DNA from: Myxococcales bacterium
GTDB taxonomy: Bacteria > Myxococcota_A > UBA9042 > JABWCM01 > BTVJ01
DNA: 64,000 nucleotides
Reading direction: 5' to 3'
Assembly (NCBI GenBank): GCA_045863395.1
Contig: BTVJ01000034.1
Span: 16,152 to 80,151, forward strand
The notes below the pieces were generated by a model. That model worked only from the letters and a program-made list of their open reading frames with translations. It was not told the origin of the DNA and made no database searches. The position numbers were made by a program, and so were the translations under genes. This document shows positions 13,155 to 21,788 of the stretch, piece by piece (the first letter of the stretch is position 1; each line of letters starts with the position of its first letter).

Positions 13155-13712
13155 TCAGAAGAGGACGGACATGAAGAGGCGCGCGTCGAAGTACGGCTCG
13201 ATTGCCATCTCGCTGTCCTCGTAGAAGTTCCAGCCGAGCCACCCCCGCAGCTCCGCCCCGATGCCGTAGCTGCCCAGGAGGGCGACGATGCCCACCATGG
13301 CGCCCGGGTCCAGAGGCGCCCAGGAGGAGACCGCGTTGTCCACCGTGTCCGCCCCCGAGTACCCGTCCAGGCCCGACCGGATGGCGCCACCCACATAGGC
13401 TCCGAACACGCGGCTGCCGAAGCCGTACCCGAACTCCCACGTCAGCCCGATGTTGCTCAGGTCTTTGTAGACGTAGTCGACGGCGAAGTCGAGGCTGAAG
13501 GCCGCGAAGAGGCCCTCCTCCAGCAGGCTGGATCCCGTGTGGATCCCGACGGAGAGGAGGTGCCCCTCCGCGTTGGCGCCCCGCCGGTCCTGACGGAGGT
13601 AGCCGTAGCCGGCGAACATGCCGATGTCGCTCTCCGCCTGAGCCGGCACGGCGGTCAGCCCGAGGATGGCCACCAGGGCTCCCGCAACCGATGCACGAGT
13701 GAAGCGCTTCAT
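13155..13712 (-). CDS. Putative small outer-membrane beta-barrel protein
   Basis: Signal peptide ending AQA; alternating aromatic/Gly strands; terminal Phe (ARLFMSVLF). Start may be 13712, 13721 or 13724. Confidence 0.65.
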   Translation of the reverse strand: MKRFTRASVAGALVAILGLTAVPAQAESDIGMFAGYGYLRQDRRGANAEGHLLSVGIHTGSSLLEEGLFAAFSLDFAVDYVYKDLSNIGLTWEFGYGFGSRVFGAYVGGAIRSGLDGYSGADTVDNAVSSWAPLDPGAMVGIVALLGSYGIGAELRGWLGWNFYEDSEMAIEPYFDARLFMSVLF

Positions 13713-13730
13713 GGCACCCATCACCTCCGT

Positions 13731-16004
13731 CTACTGGCACACTGGCTGGAGCGCGCAGTCCTGGTCGTCACAATCGATGAACCCGTCCCCGTTGTCGTCG
13801 GCCCCGTCGTCGCACGCGGTCTCCATGCAGGCAGGGTATAGATCGCAGAGGGGATCGGCGCAGTCAACCTTGCCGTTGCCGTTGTCGTCCTGGGCGTTGG
13901 TGCAGTCCTCGGCAGCAAGGATCTCTACATCGTCGATGAACCACCCGGTGCCGCCCGACCATGGAGCCGGCGAGTCCCCGATCCACCACCGCGCGCCGAA
14001 GACCCCGATGATCGCCCCCGAACCGACGGGGACCACGCGACGACGCCACGCCCCTCGGTCCTCCGGGAGCATCGTCAGGCCAAACTCCCACTTCTCGCCG
14101 CTCTTTCCGATCACCGTGAAGCCGCGCGAGACCTCGGCCCCCTCCGCCGGCTCGGGCAGGTCCACATACTCCATCCATGTGACCGAGACACTCGCGAACC
14201 CGGGATCCCAGCAGCACAGCTCCGCCGTCACCCGCTGCCCGGTGGCTCCAGCGGACACGCCGGCCTGGGACCCATCGTTGAAGTTGAGCGTGGCCTTGCC
14301 CGACCACGGCGTCACGGTCGCGGGCGTCCCGTCCACCGTGAAGGCGTAGGGGTTGCCGGCCTGAGACATGGCCCCGAACCCGGGCCCGGGCCCCGTATCG
14401 AAGGTGACCAGCGCTGGGAGCGAGTTGACCGCGTCGCACACGGCGCCCCCCACGACGACGCAGCCCGGCTGGGCGCAGTCGGCGGCCCCGTCGCCGTCGT
14501 CGTCCTTGCCGTTGGCGCAGCTCGCCTCGGCCGGGCACTGGGCCGCGGACCACGAGCTCTTGCACGACCCGGCGTTGCAGGTGTCGACGGTGCACGCATC
14601 ACCGTCGTCACAGGCGTCGGTCCCGACGCACACACCCGCCTGGCAGGAGGCTCCGGTGAAGCAGTCGCCGGCCAGCTCGCAGTAGCTCCCATCCCCGACG
14701 GGCGAGCTCTTGCACCCCTCCGCCGGCTCGCACCAGTCCGACGTGCACGGGTTGCCGTCGTCGCAGGCCAGCTCTCCGGCAGCGCCGCAGTACCCAGAGG
14801 TGCACGTCTCCCCTACGGTGCAGGCGTTCCCGTCGTCGCACTTCGCGCCGTCGCCCACCGGAGTCCCGGCGCTGCACCACCCGCTCTGGCACAGGCTCCC
14901 ACCCGTGCAGGGGTCGCCGTCCTCGCACGGAGACCCGTTGGACTTCGGCACCCCGATGGAGCACTCCAGCCCCTCACACAGCGCCTTCTCCCAGCAGGGG
15001 TTCGACGCCGGGCACTCCGTACCCTGGGGTGCGGGGGTTGCGGTGCAGCCCGCGCTCGGCGAGCAGGACTCCACGGTGCACGGATTGCCGTCGTCGGGGC
15101 AGTCGACCGAGGTGCCGCCAGCGCACTGCCCCTCGCTGCACACCGTCCCCTCCGTGCATGGGTCCCCGTCGTCGCACGCGCCGTCGTCACCGATGGGGAC
15201 CCCACCGCCGCACTTGCCCCCGGCGCAGGTGGTCCCGCCCGTGCATGGGTTGGCGTCGTCGCACAGGTCGCCCTCGCCGACCGGCGTCCCGGCGCAGGAG
15301 CCCGTCGCGCAGGAGTCGTTGACCGTGCAGGGGTCTCCGTCGTCGCACCCGGTGCCTCCCAGCGCCTGGTTGACGCAGCCGCTCGACGAGTCGCACCAAT
15401 CCTGCGTGCAGGGGTTGCCGTCGTCGCAGCTCTTTGCGGCGCCGGGGTTGCAGTAGCCGCTTTCATCGCACGTCCCTCCCTGGTAGCACTTGTCGGCGTA
15501 GGCGCAAGTCGTCCCGGCCGTCTTGGGCTGGTAGGTGCAGCCGCCGAGCTTGTCACAGGAGTCATTCGTGCACGGGTTGGAGTCGTCGCACACGGTGGTC
15601 TGGCCCGGGACGCAGGCGCCCGCCTTGCACTGGTCCCCCTGGGTACAGAAGTTGCCGTCGTCGCAGTACGCGCCGTCGCCGGCTGGGGTGGATACGCAGG
15701 CGCCCGTGTTGGGGTCGCACGCCTGGGTGACACAGGCGGTGCCACCTTGGCAGGTCACCCCCTCCTGGTACACGCACAGGCCGCCGATGCACCGCTCCTG
15801 CGCAGAGCAGCGGTCCGTGGGACGGAACCCGGCGCACTCGGTGTCCTGGGTACACGCCTTGGCCGGGTCCCCGGGCTGCCCCGGGGTAGCGGGCTCCGCA
15901 GAGCCGCCGCCCGAGTCGTCCCCCTCGTCGTCCGAGGATGCCACGCTCAGCCAGAACACGCTGAGCAGGACCATGACCTCGCCTGTCAGTCGGAGTTTTC
16001 GCAC
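13731..16004 (-). CDS. Secreted Cys-rich repeat protein (CDDGNPCT repeats) with a beta-sandwich domain
   Basis: More than 10 CDDG(N/D)PCT-type repeats, C.NG.DDDG.G..DC motifs, and a Trp-rich domain ending GWFIDDVEI. Confidence 0.85.
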   Translation of the reverse strand: MRKLRLTGEVMVLLSVFWLSVASSDDEGDDSGGGSAEPATPGQPGDPAKACTQDTECAGFRPTDRCSAQERCIGGLCVYQEGVTCQGGTACVTQACDPNTGACVSTPAGDGAYCDDGNFCTQGDQCKAGACVPGQTTVCDDSNPCTNDSCDKLGGCTYQPKTAGTTCAYADKCYQGGTCDESGYCNPGAAKSCDDGNPCTQDWCDSSSGCVNQALGGTGCDDGDPCTVNDSCATGSCAGTPVGEGDLCDDANPCTGGTTCAGGKCGGGVPIGDDGACDDGDPCTEGTVCSEGQCAGGTSVDCPDDGNPCTVESCSPSAGCTATPAPQGTECPASNPCWEKALCEGLECSIGVPKSNGSPCEDGDPCTGGSLCQSGWCSAGTPVGDGAKCDDGNACTVGETCTSGYCGAAGELACDDGNPCTSDWCEPAEGCKSSPVGDGSYCELAGDCFTGASCQAGVCVGTDACDDGDACTVDTCNAGSCKSSWSAAQCPAEASCANGKDDDGDGAADCAQPGCVVVGGAVCDAVNSLPALVTFDTGPGPGFGAMSQAGNPYAFTVDGTPATVTPWSGKATLNFNDGSQAGVSAGATGQRVTAELCCWDPGFASVSVTWMEYVDLPEPAEGAEVSRGFTVIGKSGEKWEFGLTMLPEDRGAWRRRVVPVGSGAIIGVFGARWWIGDSPAPWSGGTGWFIDDVEILAAEDCTNAQDDNGNGKVDCADPLCDLYPACMETACDDGADDNGDGFIDCDDQDCALQPVCQ

Positions 16005-16154
16005 CTGCTCCTCCCTTGGGATGATTCGCCGGGCAGCATGGCGTCAGGTTTGGGGCGTGTCAAACGGCGTCCTCGACCGGCGGTCGAGAGCCAAGGTGCC
16101 TGCCGCCCGGCACCGACACCACCCAGGCGCCACGGGTTCCGGGATGAGGCAGGC

Positions 16155-16649
16155 GTGAAGCATCGGCAAGAGGAGAGGTCAGCTCCGAGCCGCCCGCACG
16201 TCCTCCCCATCGAGGAGCTCGTCCACCCCTGGCCCCTGCTCGCCGTGGTCGTGCTCGCGCTCAACGACCACTGGCTCAAGGGCGCCGGGCTCCTGCCCGG
16301 CTGGGTGACGGGAAAGCTCTCGGACGTGGCCGGCCTGTTCTTCTTCCCTCTTCTGCTCACCGCTGTCTCCCGCGTGGCGTCGCGCCTCTTGCGCCACCCG
16401 GACGCCCTGACCCGGCGGCGGCTGGGCGTCGCCATCGCGTTGACGGCGGCAGCGTTCACCGCCATCCAGCTCTGGCCGGCCGCCGCCGGCGCCTACGAGT
16501 GGCTCATGCCGCGCCTCGATCCGACCGGGCTCGTGCGCCAGGTCCGCGTGACCATGGACCCGGCGGACCTCCTCGCCCTGCCGGCGCTGCTCCTGACCTG
16601 GCTCCACGGCCGTCGCTTCTTCGAAGCGGCGCCTCCCGACCGCCCATGA
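16155..16649 (+). CDS. Conserved hypothetical membrane protein
   Basis: LLAVVVLALNDHWLKG...VTGKLSDVAGLFFFP...DPADLLAL; several TM segments; probable GTG start. Confidence 0.75.
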   Translation: MKHRQEERSAPSRPHVLPIEELVHPWPLLAVVVLALNDHWLKGAGLLPGWVTGKLSDVAGLFFFPLLLTAVSRVASRLLRHPDALTRRRLGVAIALTAAAFTAIQLWPAAAGAYEWLMPRLDPTGLVRQVRVTMDPADLLALPALLLTWLHGRRFFEAAPPDRP

Positions 16650-16847
16650 TGCCCCGGTATTCACGGGGCGACGAAAAAGATGCGCCCGGCCCGGCAGCGC
16701 CGGCACCGGAAGCGTGCTTCCGGGAATTTGCTTTCTTCACGCGCCCTTGCGATTTTCTTTGGGCGTGGCATGAATGCGGGAGGAACCCGGCCGTTGATGC
16801 GCTGTCAGCTCACGGCACTCTGCGCGTCAGAGAGCATTCGGCGGTGG

Positions 16848-16905
16848 TCAGGGGCAGGGTGCAGCCCCTGATTTTCCTTGACGCGTCGCGGGCATCTCAT
16901 AAAGT
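16848..16905 (+). promoter_or_regulatory. Inverted repeat plus sigma-70-like promoter of the lipoprotein cluster
   Basis: TCAGGGGC-N8-GCCCCTGA (16848-16871), then TTGACG(16878-16883)-N16-TAAAGT(16900-16905). Confidence 0.45.
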
Positions 16906-16943
16906 GCACCCTCATTCGGACGGCACCACGGAGGAAAACGACA

Positions 16944-17807
16944 GTGAAGATCACACGGGTCAATGCACGCGGAATCGGCGGTCTCACGACATGGATGGCA
17001 GTTGCCGGCTTGGCCCTCGGCGCCACGGCCTGCCAGATCCAGGCGGAGGACAACTCCAACTCCAACAACAACAATGGCAGCGACGCCGGTGAGGTGAGCC
17101 AGAGCCCGGACGAGATCCCGGACTCCACGCTGGCCATCTCGGGCAAGGTGCTCGACTCGACGAACCTCGCCCCCATCCAGGGAGCGATCGTCACGACAGA
17201 GCCCGCCATCGGTCAGATCGTGACCAACGCCGAGGGCGCCTACGTGTTCACGGGAGACCAGGGCACGGCCATCCAGCTCGGCACCAACTACCGCATCACG
17301 GCGACCCGCCCCGGCTACGTCCAGAACAGCGCGTTCGTGACGGTTCAGCCGAAGCACAACCGCAACGTGGACATCCTTCTGACCAAGGGCGCCGAGGAGT
17401 TCATCATCAAGGCTTCCCCGACGAGCCTCAGCTTCACGAAGGGTGACTTCGACGGCAACGAGGCGTACAATCAGGTCACCCTGAAGCTCGACAGCGCCGC
17501 TCCGACCGCCGTGCAGCAGGCGTTCACGGTCAACGTGCCCATCCAGCACCAGAAGTGGCTCTCGGTCATCCCCAACACGGGCACGGTCGGCGGCACGCCG
17601 CTGACGCTCAACGTGAAGGTCGACAAGTCCACCATCACGGACACCAAGATCGGTTCCTTCGACATCGTGGGTGAGGGCAGCGGCCAGCTCACCATCCAGG
17701 TCTCGGTCAACCTCGGCGCGACCACCGGTGGTGGCGGCGGCGGCGGTGGCGGCGGCGAGGCCGACGCTGGTGGCGGTGGCGGTGCGGCCGACGCTGGCGC
17801 CCCCTAG
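16944..17807 (+). CDS. Lipoprotein with carboxypeptidase-regulatory-like domain, BACON-like Ig domain and Gly-rich tail
   Basis: SD GGAGG then GTG; ATAC lipobox; ISGKVLDST...PIQGAIVTTEP...TNAEGAY...YRITATRPGY; SPTSLSF...WLSVIPNTG...LNVKVD. Confidence 0.8.
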   Translation: MKITRVNARGIGGLTTWMAVAGLALGATACQIQAEDNSNSNNNNGSDAGEVSQSPDEIPDSTLAISGKVLDSTNLAPIQGAIVTTEPAIGQIVTNAEGAYVFTGDQGTAIQLGTNYRITATRPGYVQNSAFVTVQPKHNRNVDILLTKGAEEFIIKASPTSLSFTKGDFDGNEAYNQVTLKLDSAAPTAVQQAFTVNVPIQHQKWLSVIPNTGTVGGTPLTLNVKVDKSTITDTKIGSFDIVGEGSGQLTIQVSVNLGATTGGGGGGGGGGEADAGGGGGAADAGAP

Positions 17808-17927
17808 CGCAGCAGCTCACTGGTAGCCTGAATCCTCTGCGACCCGTGGGGCGCCGGCCCTGTCCAACGTGGCAGTGTCCGGCGCCTCGCGGCGCAGACC
17901 TCGCCTCCTGCCCTCGGGGTGAACCCC

Positions 17928-19481
17928 ATGATGCACCGTGCTCTCAGAGCTTGTCCGCTACTGGCCATCGGGCTGGCGGCCCTCCTGGTGGCGGGGTGCC
18001 CGGACAAGTCCGACGATGGCGGCGATGGCACCACCGGCCCCGGAGGCGGTGGCGGTGGCGGCGGCGACACCGTCGCGCCCAAGCCGGTCACCGACTACTC
18101 CAAGTTCAGCACCACGACGCTCACTGGCTTCGTGTTCAACGCCGTGAGTGGCAAGCCCATCCAGAACGCGACCGTGTCGACGGAGCCACCGACCGAGTCG
18201 GTGCAGACGACCTCCACGGGCCTGTTCTCCATCAACATCGGCCACGCCTTTGGCGTCGTCACCATCAAGGCTGCCGCAAACGGGTACCGGCAACAACAGC
18301 AGACGTGCATCAACCTCAAGCCCGGCCTCAACACACTCGCGGACATCTCTCTGGTGAAGACGGACTCCGCGACGGATGGGGACTGTGTCCCGCCGTGCAC
18401 AGGGTCCACGACCTGCGTCTCCGGCGTGTGCATCTCCGCGTGCAACCCGCTGTGCGGCTGTGGGGACCTGTGCGATCCGACGGCGCCCTCCCCCTGCCTT
18501 CCGGACCCGAACTTCGTGTCGTCGGCCATCTGCGAGAACAACTCGCACCCCGCCGGCAAGACCATGTGTGAGTGCGACCTGGGCTACGTGCCGGCCGGCG
18601 ATGGGCGCACCTGCCTGCTGCCGGGCAACATCGAGGACTGCGGCAGCAACGCCATCGCCACCGCGACGGGGTGCGAGTGTGAGAACGGCTACCTGCCCGA
18701 CGTGAAGGGCGACGGCTGCATCCCCGCCGACGAGGCCGCCGCTCCCGGCTCCCTGGCCGGCAACACGGTCGTCCGCGAGTGGCCGACCCCCGGCCCATCG
18801 CCGCGGGGCATCGCCTTCGACGGCCAGACGCTGTGGCTAGGCGACGCCGCCCACGAGGTCATCTACCGCGTCCAGCCGGACGGCAGCGTGATCAAGGACT
18901 TCGACATCGGCGCCTATGCAAAGGCCCTGCGCGACATGACCTTCGGCAACGGCTACGTCTACTTCACGGTGACCACGGGCGCGGATGGTGCAGGGCTGCC
19001 GCAGCTCATCCGTATGAGCGCCACCGACGGCACGATCAAGCACATCGATACGGCGAACAACTTCCAGACCACCGAGGGGATCACCTTCGATGGTGCCTAC
19101 CTGGACTCGCTGGAAGGGCTGACCATCAAGCGCCGGTCACCAGACCTGGGGTCCAATGTGTTCCCGACGAACGTCGTCCTGACCGGGGGCGGCTCGTCGC
19201 AGGGGCAGTATACGGTGGTGGACGGCGTGCGCTTCCTCGCAAACACGCAGAACCAGTTCATCGGGTGGGTGGGGACCCGGTACGACGGCAACGACTTCCT
19301 GGCCCAGTTCGTGACGCTCAATGCAGTCCACAAGACGCAGAGCGCCGAGCTCGGGCGCCTCGAGCTGCCCGTGGGCGGGAGCCACGTGGCGGGCATCGAG
19401 CTGTTCGGCACGCGCATGTGGGTCGTCGCGGCCGGCAGTGGCAAGGACACCCCCAAGGTCGTGGAGGTCAAGCTTGACTAG
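17928..19481 (+). CDS. Lipoprotein with carboxypeptidase-regulatory-like domain, EGF-like Cys repeats and a C-terminal beta-propeller
   Basis: VAGC lipobox; LTGFVFNAVSGKPIQNATVSTEP; CECDLGY and CECENGY; PGPSPRGIAFDGQTLW and EGITFDGAYL blades. Confidence 0.8.
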   Translation: MMHRALRACPLLAIGLAALLVAGCPDKSDDGGDGTTGPGGGGGGGGDTVAPKPVTDYSKFSTTTLTGFVFNAVSGKPIQNATVSTEPPTESVQTTSTGLFSINIGHAFGVVTIKAAANGYRQQQQTCINLKPGLNTLADISLVKTDSATDGDCVPPCTGSTTCVSGVCISACNPLCGCGDLCDPTAPSPCLPDPNFVSSAICENNSHPAGKTMCECDLGYVPAGDGRTCLLPGNIEDCGSNAIATATGCECENGYLPDVKGDGCIPADEAAAPGSLAGNTVVREWPTPGPSPRGIAFDGQTLWLGDAAHEVIYRVQPDGSVIKDFDIGAYAKALRDMTFGNGYVYFTVTTGADGAGLPQLIRMSATDGTIKHIDTANNFQTTEGITFDGAYLDSLEGLTIKRRSPDLGSNVFPTNVVLTGGGSSQGQYTVVDGVRFLANTQNQFIGWVGTRYDGNDFLAQFVTLNAVHKTQSAELGRLELPVGGSHVAGIELFGTRMWVVAAGSGKDTPKVVEVKLD

Positions 19482-21105
19482 GCAACGACTGTCCGGGGTT
19501 GGGGCGCTCGCCCTGCTGCTGGCGGTGGCCCAGGCCGCGCCCAACCTCGGCTGCGACACCATCTTCCCCGCCCGGGACCTGAGCGACGCCGGAGTGACCA
19601 GCGGCGGCAACGGTGGGGGCGGCGGATCCGTCGACAACAACAGCAACATCGTCTACCCGTACAGCCAGGGGTGCAACTGCGCCCAAGGGTACGCCTGCAC
19701 GGAGAGCAGCGGGTGCCAGAGCTACACCTGCTTCGCCTCGGGAGCCACGTGGTTCGACGCACAAGGCAACTGCGCGCGGCAGGGCATGCAGCTCGCGTTC
19801 ATCCAGGACGACACCCAGAACAAGTTCGTCGCCAGCGCGTGCGCGGAGGCGGGGGCCGAGAAGTGGTGGATCGGCGCCCAGGACATCGCGACGGAGGGAG
19901 CCTTCTTCTCCGAGGGTGGCGTCGCGCTCAGCTTCACGAGCTGGTCCGAGGGCTCCCCCAAGGCCGGTGGCTCCGGAGGCGCACAGAACGACTGCGCGGT
20001 GATGGACAAGGATGGCAAGTGGCAGGATGTGAGCTGCAACGACAAGTTCGCCTACGCCTGCGTGACCCCGACGAGCGGCGTCCAGAGCGTGGCGAGCGGC
20101 ACGGGCTGCTTCAACCCGGGGATGGCCGTGGGGTGCGGCATCGGCCAGACCTGTACCACGACCAGCGGCAACCAGCCGGTAAACGTGTGCCTGCGCTCTT
20201 GCGAGGGGGCGTCGGAGTGCACCGAGGAGACCCGCTGCACCTCGACGGACAAGGGCAAGTTCTGCCTCAAGCGCTGTGAGACGACGGCTGATTGCGTCTC
20301 CGATGGTTTCTCCCTGCGGTGCATCCACGTGGGTGGCGGCGACGGGGTCTGCTGGACGCAGGGCTCGAAGTCGGGCGAGGTGGTCACCAAGCCGGTGCTC
20401 GTGCTCGACCGCATCGAGATCAACGCGGCGGGTGGGGTGATGCCGGGCGCTCAGATCTCGCTCGGGATCTACGTGAAGAACCAGGGCGAGGGCGACGCCA
20501 CCGACGTCACGGCGACCGTATCCCAGAAGGACGCCTTCACGAAGGGGCTCGTCAACGAGAGCGGAGGGCCGGCCTTCATCGGCGCGGGGCAGGAGGGCGT
20601 GCTCGTCGTGAGCCCGCAGTTCAGCCTCGCGAACAACCTGCCCTTGAACCAGCCCGTGGGCTTCCAGATCACGCTCAACGACGGGGCCTCGGGGCTCCAG
20701 TGGACCATCCCCTTCGAGATCACCGCGTTCAAGAGCGCGGCGCTGGTGTGGGTCTCGGAGGTGCAGATCACGTCGACGGACAGCGGTGACCAGACCCTGT
20801 CGCCGGGCGAGTCAGGCTCATTCGTAGCGTATGCCGAGAACCTGGGCTTCGCGGCAGCCTCCGGGGTCACGGCGAAGGTGGCGGTCAAGAGCGGCAAGGC
20901 GACCATCTCCAACGTGTCCGCATCGGCGCTCGGGTTCGGCGACCCGACTACGGTCGTGGTTCCGGCCCCGCCCCAAGGGTTGCTGCAGGGCACGCTGGCC
21001 ATCGACCCAAGTCAGCCCGCGGCGGACCCGATCCTATTGAAGTTCACGATCACCGAGTCCGGGGGGACCGAGTGGATCCAAGACGTCGCTGTGCCCCTCC
21101 AGTAG
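19474..21105 (+). CDS. Secreted protein with a C-type-lectin-like domain, Cys-rich segment and two CARDB/Ig-like domains
   Basis: CF...TWFDAQGNC..QGMQLAFI...WWIGAQD.ATEG.F...SFTSW...DCAVM...GKWQDVSC...YAC; PGAQISLGIYVKNQG and LSPGESGSFVAYAENLG. Probable TTG start overlapping the previous stop. Confidence 0.8.
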   Translation: MTRQRLSGVGALALLLAVAQAAPNLGCDTIFPARDLSDAGVTSGGNGGGGGSVDNNSNIVYPYSQGCNCAQGYACTESSGCQSYTCFASGATWFDAQGNCARQGMQLAFIQDDTQNKFVASACAEAGAEKWWIGAQDIATEGAFFSEGGVALSFTSWSEGSPKAGGSGGAQNDCAVMDKDGKWQDVSCNDKFAYACVTPTSGVQSVASGTGCFNPGMAVGCGIGQTCTTTSGNQPVNVCLRSCEGASECTEETRCTSTDKGKFCLKRCETTADCVSDGFSLRCIHVGGGDGVCWTQGSKSGEVVTKPVLVLDRIEINAAGGVMPGAQISLGIYVKNQGEGDATDVTATVSQKDAFTKGLVNESGGPAFIGAGQEGVLVVSPQFSLANNLPLNQPVGFQITLNDGASGLQWTIPFEITAFKSAALVWVSEVQITSTDSGDQTLSPGESGSFVAYAENLGFAAASGVTAKVAVKSGKATISNVSASALGFGDPTTVVVPAPPQGLLQGTLAIDPSQPAADPILLKFTITESGGTEWIQDVAVPLQ

Positions 21106-21115
21106 CAGGCTCGCC

Positions 21116-21544
21116 GTGATCATCCGCGACCTTCGCTCCCCCGAGGACATCGCCGCGCTGCACGACCTCCGCCTGCGGGTGCTCCGCCCTGGGCGCCCAC
21201 CCGAGGCGGCGGTGTGGCCTCTCGACGACCACCCGGACGCGCTCCACCTCGGCGCCTTCCATGGGACAACGTGCGTCGGCATCGCGAGCGTCGTCCCGGA
21301 AGATGGGTGGCGCCTCCGAGGGATGGCCGTGGAGCCGGACCTTCAGGGCACGGGCATCGGCGCAGCCCTGGTTCGCGCCCTCCAGGAGCGCTTCGGGCAG
21401 GCGGGACGCGTCCTTTGGTGCAACGCTCGGACCTCCGCCGCCGGGTTCTATGTCCGCCTCGGCTTCGTGATCGAGGGGGCGCCGTTCGAGCTCCCCGGCA
21501 TCGGCCCTCACGTCGTCATGCGGTGGGCACTGCCCGTGCGCTGA
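21116..21544 (+). CDS. GNAT family N-acetyltransferase
   Basis: LRLRVLRPG, WRLRGMAVEPDLQGTGIG, LWCNARTSAAGFYVRLGF, GIGPHVVM. Confidence 0.92.
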   Translation: MIIRDLRSPEDIAALHDLRLRVLRPGRPPEAAVWPLDDHPDALHLGAFHGTTCVGIASVVPEDGWRLRGMAVEPDLQGTGIGAALVRALQERFGQAGRVLWCNARTSAAGFYVRLGFVIEGAPFELPGIGPHVVMRWALPVR

Positions 21545-21605
21545 GAGGCGGGGGCTCCGGAACGCGCAGGCCCTCTGCGAGAGCGCGGACTCCGCGCGCC
21601 TTCGG

Positions 21606-21633
21606 TTGACTCCCCTCCACCTGCTGCTACGAT
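21606..21633 (+). promoter_or_regulatory. Sigma-70-like promoter
   Basis: TTGACT(21606-21611)-N16-TACGAT(21628-21633) with an extended TG. Confidence 0.5.
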
Positions 21634-21788
21634 TCCACTGGGCGGCATACCCGCGGGAGCCGCAACTCACAGACATGGTGTGGTGTACGTCACGCGGTGC
21701 CCCGGGGGGCGCCGCCGAGGTCGATCCCCCGGGCCGACGTGACGCACACCCTCGCAAGGCCTCGCCGCCGACCTTCAGGGGAACGCGT

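Noticed and set aside
13800..15700. Recurring GTCGTCGCA-type nucleotide repeats as a CRISPR or non-coding array
   Set aside because: They encode CDD peptide repeats, are degenerate and have no spacer structure; no cas genes are present.
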